A stretch of 64,000 bases of DNA from Podarcis cretensis (GCA_951804945.1 OX638155.1:34162001-34226000), one strand, 5' to 3'. Positions 1-12,458 are shown, numbered from the stretch's first letter. Numbers and translations are program-made. Notes: generated from the sequence alone by a model not told the origin.

Positions 1-130
1 TGTTTGCCTTCATGTTTATATAGTTGAGAATATACATTCTCCTTATGTTAATTAAAACAAAAAAACAAACAAAAACCCCACAGAGCTTTCATAAGCAACC
101 TTCACTTTTTGTATTTTTAACATGCTGAAG

Positions 131-335
131 AACATTTATTTACTTACAACATTTGTATCCTGCATTTCCAAGAGGGAGCTTGGGGTTGCTTATATGTGGC
201 CATCTCATTTTATTCACACAATAAATAACCCTAGGAGGGAGATTGTGGCTTAGCTCAAAGCTGGTTGGTGAGTGTCACGACAGGTAGGGGGCATGAACCC
301 AGATCTCACTGATCAGGGTAAAATGCTCTACCACC
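131..335 (-). mobile_element. Degenerate MIR/CORE-like SINE
   Basis: Contains 'cattttattcacacaa...aaccctaggagg...gcatgaacccagatctc', the reverse-strand CORE-SINE pattern with a B-box complement; resembles 45075-45295. Confidence 0.5.
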
Positions 336-2781
336 TAAAGAAAATAAAGTGAATTCTGAAACTCTGAACTTTTATTTACACTAACCACACTAACATCACA
401 TTGTACTTCACTGGCAAGGCTAAAAGGAGGGGGAGGTTAAAAGTGCTTGTAACGGAGAGGTCCAGAGAGCTCTCCAAAGCACTTAGTATAACTACGAGAC
501 AGGCCCCCAGTGTTCTATTCTGCCCTAAGCGCTTTCATAGAAATCCAGTTGTACCATATCAAGGACAGATGTATGTGTGGATCAAAGGCACATTGTGCTC
601 CTTAATATCAGAACATGTGATTTTACAATCCCAAGCATTTTACCTTTCTGCCCCTCTCCAGATGCATTTTTAAAGTTGTTCAAAAACAAAACAAAACACA
701 GCAACAGCTGTGGTCTGATACAGAAGTACACAGCTTCTTGGAAATGTTTCTTCCCCATTTGGGTAACTGATGGAAGATATCACTTCAGGAGAGGGCTAGC
801 AAGTGTACCAGCAGTTTCTCTGAACTGTTTCCTTCTGTTCTTTTTCACAGTAAGCAAGATTTCTCTTTTCCAAGTGAAAATGCACATTTAGGGAGGAATT
901 ATTGAACATCTTGTTACATCTAGACACTTTATAAAACTGGTTGTCTGGCATACAGCAGAGTTATGTTCCTAGAGGTATGACAGTGTCACAATTGCCCAAT
1001 ATCTGCATATCGTAGTATAGGAATGGGGCTGTTTCTTTTCTCTGGTGACCCCATTTGAAGATCCACCAACTACAAAACGATCCAGAAGTGATCATAGAAA
1101 TTCTAGTCCAGCACAAACCCAATTCGTGCACCAAAACAATTTGGTAAGGATTGAAGTTAAGAGCTAAAGCAGAGATATACAGAATATTTTAACTTGGCTT
1201 TCGTCAAGAGAAATCCAGTTTCCCTCTATAGTTTCAGTGAAGTTGGTTTAGGCTCTTAATCATTTGTTTGAATTTCAAAAACATGACTTTTGACAGCAGC
1301 ACAAGTTCTTAAATGAAACAATGGTCATTGTGAAACAGTGATGACAATATAATTTCATCTAATGTCAGCTTCTTAAAAGACAAAAAGATGGAAGAACTAA
1401 AAGTCCCCTCTTCACCGTAATGAGAGATAAACAGTGGCTACTCCAAACACCTATGTAATATGCATTGAAACCTTTGGCATCTGTTGACCTGAAGTAAATC
1501 AGGATGTCTAACCAGGATGGCTGTTTCTGCCTCCTCCCTCATCTGTTTAGAACATAATTTAGGATTTAAGGAGGATTATTGCTGACTACTCTACAATTTG
1601 CCATCCTGTGCTCTAAATGAATACAGACATCCATATTTTTAGTGTGTCTAAGAAAAGCTAGTAGAAAGTCTATAGATTATTTTATTTTCTCACTTGGGCA
1701 TACATTAGGATGTTTCTTCACAATGAACAAGTGCTGGAAGAGTAATTCACTCTATTTTGCCAATAAACAACTATGTTGGATCTCCTCCATCAACATTTTT
1801 TTTTCCAGGGAGTAAAGTGTTTTTTATGGGTCTCCCCTGCCTCCCCCTAATTTAAGTTTTCTATAGTCAAACCCGGGTTGGCACAGTAGAGGTTAATTAG
1901 ATCAAGAAAAGCATGCAGAGCTGGAATTTATTGCACTCTCATTTATCAATGGCATGCAAGGGGAAAGTGTTCAAGGCTGTTATAAAACATGCTGCAAACT
2001 GGTGATTAACTCCAGAGCTGTCAACATTCTGACAGATGCTTGTTGAGCACCTGATCCTTTGTTGCGCTGTTAATTGGTTGCCCCTTCTACTCCCTCCCCC
2101 AAGCCAGTAAAACTACCCAACAAAGACCTAATTTCTCAAGTACATACTGCATTATTATTTTGCTATTACAAACCCATAAATGTAAGGGTTACACGCTAGG
2201 TCACCAGCATTGTTTGTATGAAATATTTTGCAGGTCTTTGCAGTCTTCATTAAATGTTCTGAATAGATACCGTTATAAATCTGATTACTTGCATGGAAAT
2301 GCTTAATGGATACACAGAAGTAATTTACTATTGTGCCCTTTCCCCCGGGGAGACTCATATTCATTACACTTGGGAAATTTTGTGCACTCAAAGGGGAAAG
2401 GGTAGTATATAATGGTGGTGACTTATTAGGTGCCATGCCTATGGGTTCCTCTCGAGAGGAGAGACGCAAAATCTTGCTGAGTAAAAATGTAAGTTTTCCA
2501 AAAGAGTTACAGGATTTGTTTAGTTACTTGGTTTTGCTTACCTAGCTCTGGGATGACTTCTCAGAAATGGCTTCCAACTATTCATGCTGAATATGTATTC
2601 AGGAAAAGAAAAGAGCCCTTCAGAAAATAAATCATTACAGTATATAGATATGGGATCAGATAGCATAAAAGCAGGGCATTAAAAGTTTGAAGACACAATA
2701 GTTGCCTAAAAATACCATGTAGTGTCTTCTTGTGATATCAGAGCGTGATGAAACCAGTTAAAAAATTAAACACAGGGCAAA

Positions 2782-2925
2782 TCCACACCATACTTTCAAT
2801 GCACATTTGAAGTGCATGACTTCCGCTTAAGAACTCTGAGGACTGTAGTTTTCCCCTCACTTAGCTACAATTCCCAGCACCTTTAAAAAAACTACAGTTC
2901 CTGTTATTCTTTGGGGAAAGTCATG
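2782..2925. mobile_element. Imperfectly palindromic non-autonomous DNA element (unclassified)
   Basis: Hairpin 'gcatgacttcc...actgtagttt...aaactacagtt...gaaagtcatgc'; related copies at about 19740-19890, 39310-39460 and 62310-62480. Confidence 0.55.
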
Positions 2926-2949
2926 CATCCTGGCCACACCTGCGCCCTG

Positions 2950-3545
2950 GCCAATCTAGAAATGGAGGCATGCAAACCATTGTGGAATATGGATATAAGA
3001 TTTACAGCGTGCTATGGCAGAAGAGAAGATTGCAGTATACGAAAATGTTTAATAGATAGTGCCTAACACCAACAGCATGGTAAAAAAGAATAAATCCAAA
3101 TCATGGATGAAATGGAAAGAGAAAGAAAGTACCGTACCTTTTCCCATGTTTTGTGGTCTTGCAATAAGGTTAAAACTTACTGGGAAATTATATATAATGA
3201 ACAGAAAAATATGTTTAAGATAACATTAGTAAAAAAAACAAACAAACTACAACAACCAAAAAAACCCAGCAACAACCAAAAAACAACAACCCCAGAAGCT
3301 TTTCTTTTGGGGATAATGGGATCAGAGCTGCCTGCATCCTGGCCACGCATGAGTCCTGGGAGACAAAAGACAAACAACTGAAATCTTCCATGATACATTG
3401 GGCAATAGATATTGGTCACAGTATAGAAATGGAGGTATGCGAACAATTGTGGAATATGGATACAGTATATGATTTATAGCGTGCTATGGTAGATGAGAAA
3501 ATTATATGAAAATGTTGCATAGATGGTGCCTAACACCTACTAGAA
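2950..3545 (+). mobile_element. Two decayed L1-clade ORF2 C-terminal fragments (partial duplication)
   Basis: Translates to 'TFSHVLWSCNKVKTYWEIIYNE...PEAFLLGIMG', homologous to the ORF2 C-terminus at 6125-6655; 2957-3072 is repeated at 3424-3540. Confidence 0.8.
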
Positions 3546-4060
3546 TGAAATCCCACCCAACAATAAACCCTATTGAATTCAATTCTTTCAGATAAATAGG
3601 TATAGTATTGCAGCCTTAGGCTTACAAGCAAGGAAGAAACTCCATAGAACTTGTGGGATTTTAGATTGCAATCTAAAATCCTCTGACTTCAGAGAACACA
3701 CATCAATATAAGGCTGCTTAGAATTACTGTGTTAAGTCATGCATAAGTTGACTTCTTAATAACCTTAATAATCCCTTTGAATATTTCCAGGACGCATCAG
3801 ATTTGAAAGTTCTTAGCTGACATTATATATTTCCACAGTGTGTCCAGGCAGATAGAACATAATGTGTGAGCTTTTCACATGTTGGTTGTTCATCATGGGC
3901 TGGTTCATGCATACATATGCACTGATCGATGAATGGGAGCTAAATGTGCACACTGTTTCATTGATAAACTTCACAGTGCATTTGAGCGACCTAGTTTGGT
4001 TGTGACAAGTATGTGAATTACCAAGGCCAGGTCTTGTTCTTTTGCTAAGGGCACAGTAGG

Positions 4061-4190
4061 CAGGGCTATTTTTCTAGAAAACTCTGGAACTCACCATGAG
4101 CACCTCCCTCTTTCTTTTAGAATGGCAATGGCACCCACCTAAGAGGTGCCGAAATTAGGTTCCAGTGAGTTCCCCCTGAACAAAAGCCCC
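4061..4190. mobile_element. hAT-like MITE
   Basis: Termini 'cagggctattttt'...'aaaagcccc'; same family as 47862-48017. Confidence 0.65.
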
Positions 4191-4202
4191 AACAACAGGT
4201 AT

Positions 4203-4206
4203 ATTA

Positions 4207-4245
<39 letters not shown>

Positions 4246-4345
4246 AATTTTATTTATATCCCACCCTCCCCAGCCAAAGCCAGGCTCAGAGCGGCTAACA
4301 ACAGTAAAATAACACAGCATTGTAAAATCAATTCATTATAAAATC
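4203..4345 (-). mobile_element. L2-type LINE/SINE 3' tail with (ATT)n microsatellite
   Basis: (ATT)n followed by 'tttatatcccaccctccccagccaaagccaggctcagagcggctaaca'. Confidence 0.6.
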
Positions 4346-5302
4346 ATTATAAAATATCATGACTCCAGGATCTTGCCTCAGTGCTTAGATGGAACAACAG
4401 CTGCCATTTTAATTCCCATTCAGCCTGTTTGGAGAGATCCTTCTGGAGCAACTCACAATCCCTTTTTGTTTAACTTTGAGCCATCATGTTCTATGCCAGT
4501 CCTCATTCCTGCTGTGTGCACTTATGGATCCAAAAAACACTTCAAAGCAGGTGTATTTTGGGAAGGTTTTCTAGAGTTGCAGGGCAATCACCAAGAATGC
4601 GACACTTTGCAGAGCCCTGGGGAGCATCTAACCAGATGGCTTTTACTGTAGCACAATTCCCTACAGGGTCACAGTGTTCCTGAAAATTAGCACCCCAGCC
4701 AGCCACCTAAAATGACTTTGCCTGGCAGAAAAAGCTTAATTTGATTTGTTTTTTTCCAGAACAGCTTGTAGAACAAATAGCTTTCAGAATATACAATTTG
4801 CTAGCTTGCCAGCTTATCGTGAATAAACCTGTTTGTAGTCTAGTCATATCATGCAATCTCCCAGGAAACACAAAGAAGCTGCTCACTTTTCACTTATGGC
4901 GGTTTTAAATTAATTTGAACGAAGCTCGCCTCATGAGTATGGTTTATGCTACTATGAAACAACTGATGATGATAAATTACAGCAGCTTCACTTGAGAGCA
5001 GCCTGGAACAACATACAGCAAACGGGTTGAGCTGGCTTAGAAACTGTGCAGAGATTATATATCCTGAGTCTGGATTTGTTGACTTGAGGTGAAATAGCTA
5101 TCATGGACAGGTCAAACAGTCCAGTTTTTTCAGCAGGCAGCTGAAAATCTGTTATAAATTATAAGAAATAAATTAGCAAAAAACAAATCATGAGCATGAT
5201 AATTTCCTCCTCCACTCTCAGCCACATTGGTTGCTTGTTTGTTTCTGGGTTCAATTTACATTGTTGCTGTAGACCTTTAAAGACCCATATAGCTTGGAAC
5301 CA

Positions 5303-5316
<14 letters not shown>

Positions 5317-5351
<35 letters not shown>

Positions 5352-5605
5352 ATACCACCCTATACTCAGAGGTCTCAGGGAGGTTCCCAGAAAATATCAA
5401 CATAAAAACCACAATATATATAATCAAAATAAAAACAACAACCCAATAACAGCCCCCCCCCCAAGAGCCACATTTTTAAAAGGGCATAGGATGTCAATCA
5501 GATCAACCAAAGGCCTAGTTAAAAAGGAACATTTTTGCCTGGCGCCTAAAGGTGTATAATGAAGGTGCCAGATGAACTTCCCTGGACAGACGGGGAGCCA
5601 CTGCA
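5317..5605 (-). mobile_element. L2-type LINE 3' fragment with (ATT)n tail
   Basis: (ATT)n then 'tataccaccctatactcagaggtctcagggaggttc...aaggcctagttaaaaaggaacatttttgcctggcgcctaaagg', typical of the reverse strand of an L2 3' end. Confidence 0.7.
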
Positions 5606-5818
5606 GAGATTATCTGAAGAACTGCCTGTACCCAGGTTTTAGGATTGGCCTTAGTGGTTCTGTTGATAAACCTGATGCCAAGAGCTATCAGACTGTTTGC
5701 CCTGACAGACAGGGCCATTGTTCAGTGGTCCCATCTTTTTAAAATTCTTTCCCCCAAAAAGTACATGTACCCCCGACCTTATTGGTTTGTAACCAAACCT
5801 TAAATCAAATGTGTTTTG

Positions 5819-6655
5819 TTTTTGTTTTTTTATAAATATTTATTAGGTTTTTCCAAATTAATACAAAACACAAACAAAAATAAAAAAAGAAAAACAAAAA
5901 TGCACAAAAAATAACAAAAATACAAAAAAAACAAAACAAATATAATTTTCATTACTTATTCCATTATCTTATTTCCTGGACCTCCCCTCACCTCCCCCTT
6001 TTGTATTCCAATTCAAATTCTTAACTCAACAAATCCATATTATAACTTATTATGACTTATTTTAACTTATTACTCGACCTTCACATTACAGCTGGAAACC
6101 AATTAATTTCTGTCCAACATCAATCTAACATTCATTAATTTTGCAATATTTCTGCAAATAGTCCTTAAATTTCTTCCAGTCTTCTTCCGCCGACTCTTTT
6201 TCCTGGTCTCGGATTCTGCCGGTCATTTCTGCCAGTCCCATGTAGTCAATCATCTTCATCTGCCATTCTTCCAGAGTGGGTAAATCTTGTGTCTTCCAAT
6301 ATTTTGCAATCAGTATTCTTGCTGCTGTTGTAGCATACATAAAAAAGGTTCTGTTTTTCTTTGGCACCAACTGGCCAACCATGCCCAGGAGAAAGGCCTC
6401 TGGTTTCTTCAAGAAGGTATATTTAAATACCTTTTTCATTTCATTATAGATCATTTCCCAGAAAGCCTTAATCCTTGGGCACGTCCACCAAAGGTGAAAG
6501 AATGTACCTTCAGTTTCTTTACATTTCCAACATTTATTATCAGGCAAATGATAGATTTTTGCAAGCTTGACTGGGGTCATGTACCACCTATACATCATTT
6601 TCATAATATTCTCTCTTAAGGCATTACATGCCGTAAATTTCAAACCGGTGGAAAA
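5819..6655 (-). mobile_element. 5'-truncated L1-clade LINE (ORF2 C-terminus with CCHC knuckle, 3'UTR, A-rich tail)
   Basis: Open frame contains CWKCKETEGTFFHLWWTC and ends at stop 6125; 13-bp TSD caaatgtgttttg at 5806-5818 and 6656-6668. Confidence 0.93.
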
Positions 6656-6848
6656 CAAATGTGTTTTGAACTGCTTCTGATGTTGTTTGGTTTTAAATTG
6701 CTGCTGTTTTGAGTTTTTGTAATTCAGTTGTTTTATCTGCATCTTTGCAGATTTTTACATTTTATGGTCCTAATGACTGTATTTTGTAAGCAGATTTGGG
6801 AGGGCTTTGCCTTGAAAGGTGGCCTGCAAGCACTTTAACAGAGTGATA

Positions 6849-7074
6849 CAGTGGTACCTGAGGTTACTGACGCTTCAGGTTACAAACTCTGCTAACCCAG
6901 AAATAGTACCTCAGGTTAAGAACTTTACCTCAGGATGAAAACAGAAATCGCACGCCAGCAGCGCAGCGGCAACAAGAGGCCCCATTAGCTAAAGTGGTAC
7001 CTCAGGTTAAGAACAGTTTCAGGTTAAGAACTGACCTTCAGAACGAATTCAGTTCTTAACCCGAGGTACCACTA
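6849..7074 (+). mobile_element. Tc1/mariner (Tigger/pogo-like) MITE, family A
   Basis: TIR cagtggtacct...aggtaccact(a), TA flanks, internal 'caggttaagaac' repeats; four copies in the window. Confidence 0.9.
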
Positions 7075-9021
7075 TACTATGGAGGTTGTGAGGTTGGGGA
7101 AGTCCACTTTGGATAAAATACACTTTAAGAGCCCTGCTGGACTTGCAAAGACCAGCACAGATNNNNNNNNNNNNNNNNNNNNNNNNNNNNNNNNNNNNNN
7201 NNNNNNNNNNNNNNNNNNNNNNNNNNNNNNNNNNNNNNNNNNNNNNNNNNNNNNNNNNNNNNNNNNNNNNNNNNNNNNNNNNNNNNNNNNNNNNNNNNNN
7301 NNNNNNNNNNNNNNNNNNNNNNNNNNNNNNNNNNNNNNNNNNAATTTCCCAAACAACTATGCTGTAGTTTCACCACTGTTCTGAGGGCATGTCCCACAAA
7401 CTGTCCCTGATACAACACCCAGAATGTCCCCTATTTGCCCTTACTACCCTGGGAGGTGTCCAGCCACTGACCTCCACCCTCCTAGGACACAGTCGACAAT
7501 ATCCAATGTCTCCCAGCTGTGCTTCCTGGAAACTTAGGACTGCTTAATAAGCAAACAATCTCTTTAAGCCATGCATATTAACTACATTTTAATCACCCAT
7601 ATCTATATTGTATTACCTTATTTCACATTAGTCTGCCATGCATTCTTCAGTCATTCAGGAAGGGCATTATGAGCAAGGTGTCAAAAAATCACAGACCTAT
7701 TATTTCTCCCTTTGCTTTTCCTGTCAAGTCAGAATGAATAATATGCAGCACAGTGGTAATTTTAGCACATTTTGAGATATAGCTTTGAAATTTTCCAGCA
7801 TTTTCAAAGAATGAATTTGCAAATGGTGATGTGTTGGCTTATTATTTATATTGATTTTTGATTGACTGATAGGCTTTTCTTTTAAGCCAATGCAACATGT
7901 GCTTGTTTTAATTTCTTGGGGAACCATTTGCTCTCACAGCAAGCAAAGTTATTTTCTAAATATTCATCCCTCTGGCAAGAAATTTTCATATGCCAGTAAT
8001 TAATCTGGGTGATTTGAATTGTTCCTGAAAATCTGTTCTGTATAAGCTGATTCCATGCTCATACACATACATTTTTACAGGAGACAAAATTCTGCAATGG
8101 AATGCATTTTGAATTCTGATTTCAGCCTAGCTAGCTATGACCTAGGAATGGTTATGTTCCCCATTACTTTTTAATGCTGACAAAATGCCTTGTTGTACAG
8201 CTGATTGTTAAATTAAATTATCTTTCAAAAGGGCTAGCCTTTTTGGCAGTTTATGGTTCAACTAGTTATGCTCCAAAGATGTGGTCAAGTCTGGGTCAGT
8301 TTGAACTCTCAATAAAGAGAGGCTTTTCACAAAGGGCAGGAAGATAATGTAGCCCACCTTTGAACTGAGCTGTCTTTCAGAGTGCCAAGAGATGTAACTT
8401 AATAACAGAATCCTGGAAAGCTGCAGTTATCAGTCCAACATATGAAGGAGGGAGGACTCGCTCCATTATTTCTGGATTGTAAAGGATAGACAGCAGATAA
8501 GTTGCAAACTGTCCTATTTCCAAGCTAGGAGATTCAGGATGAATTCCTGAAGATCGCTAACCTGGGATAGATGATTTCTTGAGATTAATTTGGCAACATA
8601 AAAGTATGGGATAAAAGGTAGCTGCTGGGATGTTCCCCCATGCACAGGAGAGATTCACAGTACCCAGCACTGCGCTTTAGGAATGTGAGTTGAGAAGCCC
8701 ATTGCTTTTAGGGTATAATAATTAATGTGACAGAATGCTTGGGGTGTTCTAAAGCGGGGGGTCATTAAGCTTTCTGAGCCTGTGGACACATTTGCAAACC
8801 AGAGGCACTTTCCATGACACCACACACAGATCACAACCTAGCACACCCCACAACTTACTGTACTGGCTACAACAAAATACTTTTCTTATGCCTAATTAAG
8901 TGCGGAAGAGGAAGAGGATCCTGTGAGCACTATGGAAGATCTCTGCAGATACCGTACATATGCACCCACATGCACCACCGTGATGACCCCTGTTCTAAGC
9001 AATATACAAGAAACGCATAAA

Positions 9022-9103
9022 AGCTTGTTTGGAGGTTTTAGCAGGGGAGCGCAGCTATCGTATACCCTTGACCGAAGAACAATACACTCCTTCTATCTGG
9101 GAT
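9022..9103 (-). pseudogene. RN7SK: 7SK snRNA retro-fragment (internal part, 3'-truncated, runs into gap)
   Basis: Reverse complement '...tcttcggtcaagggtatacgatagctgcgctcccctgctaaaacctccaaacaagct' closely matches the vertebrate 7SK segment TCTTCGGTCAAGGGTATACGAGTAGCTGCGCTCCCCTGCTAGAACCTCCAAACAAGCT (recalled, not searched). Confidence 0.92.
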
Positions 9104-9869
9104 NNNNNNNNNNNNNNNNNNNNNNNNNNNNNNNNNNNNNNNNNNNNNNNNNNNNNNNNNNNNNNNNNNNNNNNNNNNNNNNNNNNNNNNNNNNNNNNNN
9201 NNNNNNNNNNNNNNNNNNNNNNNNNNNNNNNNNNNNNNNNNNNNNCCAGCAATGGCTGAATTCCTCTGATCGGGAGGAATTTGCTTCGTGGAAATTAGGG
9301 TCTGGCCGCCACGGCGAAGGCAGGGACCCACCAAAAATCACAGGCGGGAGAAGCCTGTGAACATGGGATTCGGCTGGCACCTACTCACGGGGAAACCCGG
9401 TTTCGGGGATCCAGAGCGACGTGGGGTGAGTGGCGCGGTGCTTTGGATTGACTGCTTCTTTCACGGAGTGAAGCCGCATAGCTGTTGTCGGAGAGCGCTG
9501 ACTTTAATTATATGACAGAAAATATATATGACAGAAAATATGACAGTTAATTATATGACAGAAAATAGAGAAAGAGGGAAAGGAATTGCTGAAATAATTA
9601 ATAGAAGTGGAATACAAAAAGGGAGGCGAGAGGAGGTCGATGAAACGAGGGAATGAAAGATAGGGCATTGAAACGGTATGATGTATGTTTTTTAATTTTT
9701 TAAAGTTTTAATTTTTTATGTTTAGTTTAATGTGTTAATGTTGTGTTGTGCATTGTATACTGTATTGTATTGTATTGTATTTCTTTTGCCTTTTTTCTTT
9801 TTTTTCTTTTTTCTTTTTTTCTTCTTTTTTTTGTAAGATTTAAAAGTAATAAATATTATTAAAAAAAAA
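9025..9869 (+). mobile_element. Chimeric retro-insertion: antisense 7SK fragment + gap + L1 5'UTR-like segment + L1 3'UTR/polyA
   Basis: 17-bp TSD aagaaacgcataaaagc at 9008-9024 and 9870-9886; AATAAA and poly(A) at the 3' end; 3'UTR motif shared with the other L1 copies. Confidence 0.85.
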
Positions 9870-11611
9870 AAGAAACGCATAAAAGCAAATCTGAGTGTAC
9901 AAGAAATTGCCAACTGGGGAAAACAGTGGAGTTAAAAGCTCTGGTTTCAAGGTGGTTTCCAACAGCAGGTGCCATGGCTGCCAGCATCTGAACACTGACA
10001 GGATAGAGATGGAGCAGTAGGAAATTGTTGCTGCCTGGCATGTTTGATGCACCAAAACCTAGTAGGATATCAACCAAACAACCAAACAACCAATTATATG
10101 TAGCCTGCTCTTCATTAAAATAATATCTCCCCCTAAACCATTATAGATGTACCATCTTCATCCTTGTTTTATTTCCACTCTTAAGAGTCCAGGGTGACTA
10201 ACAATAAAAATACAACAGGTTTTGTACAAATTCCACAGAGTGATGGTCCTCAATTTATGCTCCAAAGCCTTGCTGGAAGAAGTCTGAAGCTGACTCCAAA
10301 ATACAAATTTTGTGTATGTGCGTGTGTGTTGTGGTGGGAAGTTCAATTCTGTTAGAAAATGTATAAACTACTTTATCAAAAAGTTCTCTAAGCAGTGTAC
10401 AAATAACTTGGGTGCCACCACAGAAAAGGGCCTACTCAGTGAGATCACTCCATCATATTCTGTTTGCTAGGAGGCACCTGGGGAATAAATGAAGAAAAAA
10501 ACAGAGGAACAGTGTACAACTTAAATTTAAAAAGGTGGCTTTGATCCAGATTTGTAGGGCAAACAAGGATCAGCAGTAAGGAATCACCACATTGGGGGGG
10601 GGGGGAGGGATGGGTCAGGGTTCCTGAAGTCTCTTACTGTAACGTCAGACTGCGATATGGAGTTACATCTGAACTGCCCCTGTGTGCAAGGAGAGATTTG
10701 AACAGCTGCGACTAACTTGTGTGGAAGTGAGAAATTCCATTATTGAACAATTAGGCACTGGGGAGGGCATTTTAACAACTCCATCCTATGCATGTTCTTT
10801 TGGGAGTACACCCTGCTGTGTTCAATGAGGTTTGTAGGTATACATATGATTGCAGCTTTAACATTATACAACAGCCTGGTGGGATTCAGACATCTTATTC
10901 TCCTGCTATTATCAAGAATGCAGCGCTAGTATATTTATAAGTACCTAGGGGTCCTTTACCTTTACTTTTTAAATCAGGGATGGGATTTTTGAAGGCAGCA
11001 TACAATGTTGTTTATCAATGGATCCATGCATGCTTTTGAAATGAATTTTCTTTCTAATTGGACACAAATCATTTGCACCATTATAGGTGGATTAAATGCC
11101 ATTAAGTTATTTTATTGTAAGTGTTGGGCACACCAGGAATTGTCTTCTAACCAAGATCCAATGTAGATGAATACTAAGTAATATTAATTTTAAATATTTA
11201 TATTTATATTATAATATGGATGTTCTAAATTAATACAGCAGCATTCTAAATTAATACAGCAAACCTGTTATCGCAAATGCAGTTCACATATTGAGAATCT
11301 GTCAGTTTCTACTATACAATGTGATGAAGTAGGGCATTTTCTAAATATAATTAAATAGTCAGATTTATCAACTTCAAAATAAGTTTAAAAAATAGGCTGC
11401 TAATCTTCATGTGTGTAATATATTGTTGACAGCTCTTTGGGAAGGCATATGCTTTTTGGGGGTTAAACATTAATGTAAATATTTCCTATGGTTACCTTGC
11501 ATACAGCTATAGACCACATCCATGCATATGTCAAACTGCCTGACTCACTTCCACTCCTAAGCAGATGACAAACTAGGTTCATGGTGATTGAAACCATTTG
11601 AAGACTTAGGG

Positions 11612-11667
11612 CAGGCGTGGGGAACCTCAAGCCTTCCAAAGCTCTTCATCTGGCCTTGGGACTCTTC
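11612..11667. mobile_element. hAT-Charlie-like element left part (interrupted by solo LTR, resumes about 12173-12250)
   Basis: Begins 'caggcgtggggaacctc'; the sequence on both sides of the LTR resembles 34019-34390. Confidence 0.55.
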
Positions 11668-12172
11668 TGTCATGGCGCAGTCAGGCCATGAATGTCCAGA
11701 ATGAGGAATTAGCTATTTATTGTCAAAGGTACGCTTACAAGTTAGGAAAAGGCATGTCCACCAGTCCTACATCTCCCAGCTACTCCTAGGTGGGCACCCA
11801 ATGCAGCATCAGCAGCCCCCAACATCACCTTATGTTTTTCCGCCATCTGAGCTATGTGCAAGCAGGCAAAGACTATGTGTAACCAGCTCCCTGCTCCTCT
11901 CATTTCAATCCTCTCCTGGTCCTTTGAGAAAGTGGAGCAAGAGAGGTGGGAAGATGAGGAGGAGGTGTGGAAGCCCTTGGCTCTGCACCAGCTTGACCTA
12001 TCACTCCTTCCTGCACCTGTTCTTGACTCTCCAGTCCTGCAGCTTCTCCTGCCTCTGACTCTCTTCTCCTGGCTGTTACAGCCTCCCCTAGATCTCTGAT
12101 TCCTTCTTCCAAGTCAGTCTGTACCCCCCTTCTTCCAGTACCCACTCATCAGTATCCAGCCAGTCCCTGACA
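11668..12172 (-). mobile_element. Gypsy-type solo LTR with decayed internal ORF
   Basis: TGTCA...TGACA termini; 5-bp TSD tcttc/tctcc; minus-strand AATAAA near 11716-11721; frame from nt 2 reads VRDWLDTDEW, then acidic tract and 'PLSQRTRRGLK'. Confidence 0.85.
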
Positions 12173-12392
12173 TCTCCCCGCATCACACACTCTCTGCTTG
12201 CACCCTCCTTGGATGTCCCCCCCCCCCCAAGTTGGAATCCACCCTTGAACTCTTGATTCTGCTTCTTGGTTGGGAAGTGGGGATGCAAAGGGAGCTGTTC
12301 CATTTTATCTAGTGCTGTGCCAGGCTCTTACAGGAAATGTGGAACTGACAGCTGAGGAGAGAGTTTCTGTGCTCCTCTGTTCTTTTCTAGCC

Positions 12393-12396
<4 letters not shown>

Positions 12397-12458
<62 letters not shown>
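12397..12458. repeat. (CT)n(CA)n compound microsatellite
   Basis: Directly visible. Confidence 0.95.

Noticed and set aside
6125-6742. 205-aa ORF as a host gene
   Set aside because: It is the L1 ORF2 C-terminus plus read-in from flanking DNA beyond the TSD.
7072-7418. ORFs spanning N-runs (also 8923-9380 and 39529-39864)
   Set aside because: Artefacts of assembly gaps.
9022-9103. Functional 7SK gene
   Set aside because: It lacks the 7SK 3' hairpin region and sits within a TSD-bounded retro-insertion.
11223-11261. 21-bp tandem duplication (ttctaaattaatacagca)
   Set aside because: Ordinary slippage duplication with no further structure.
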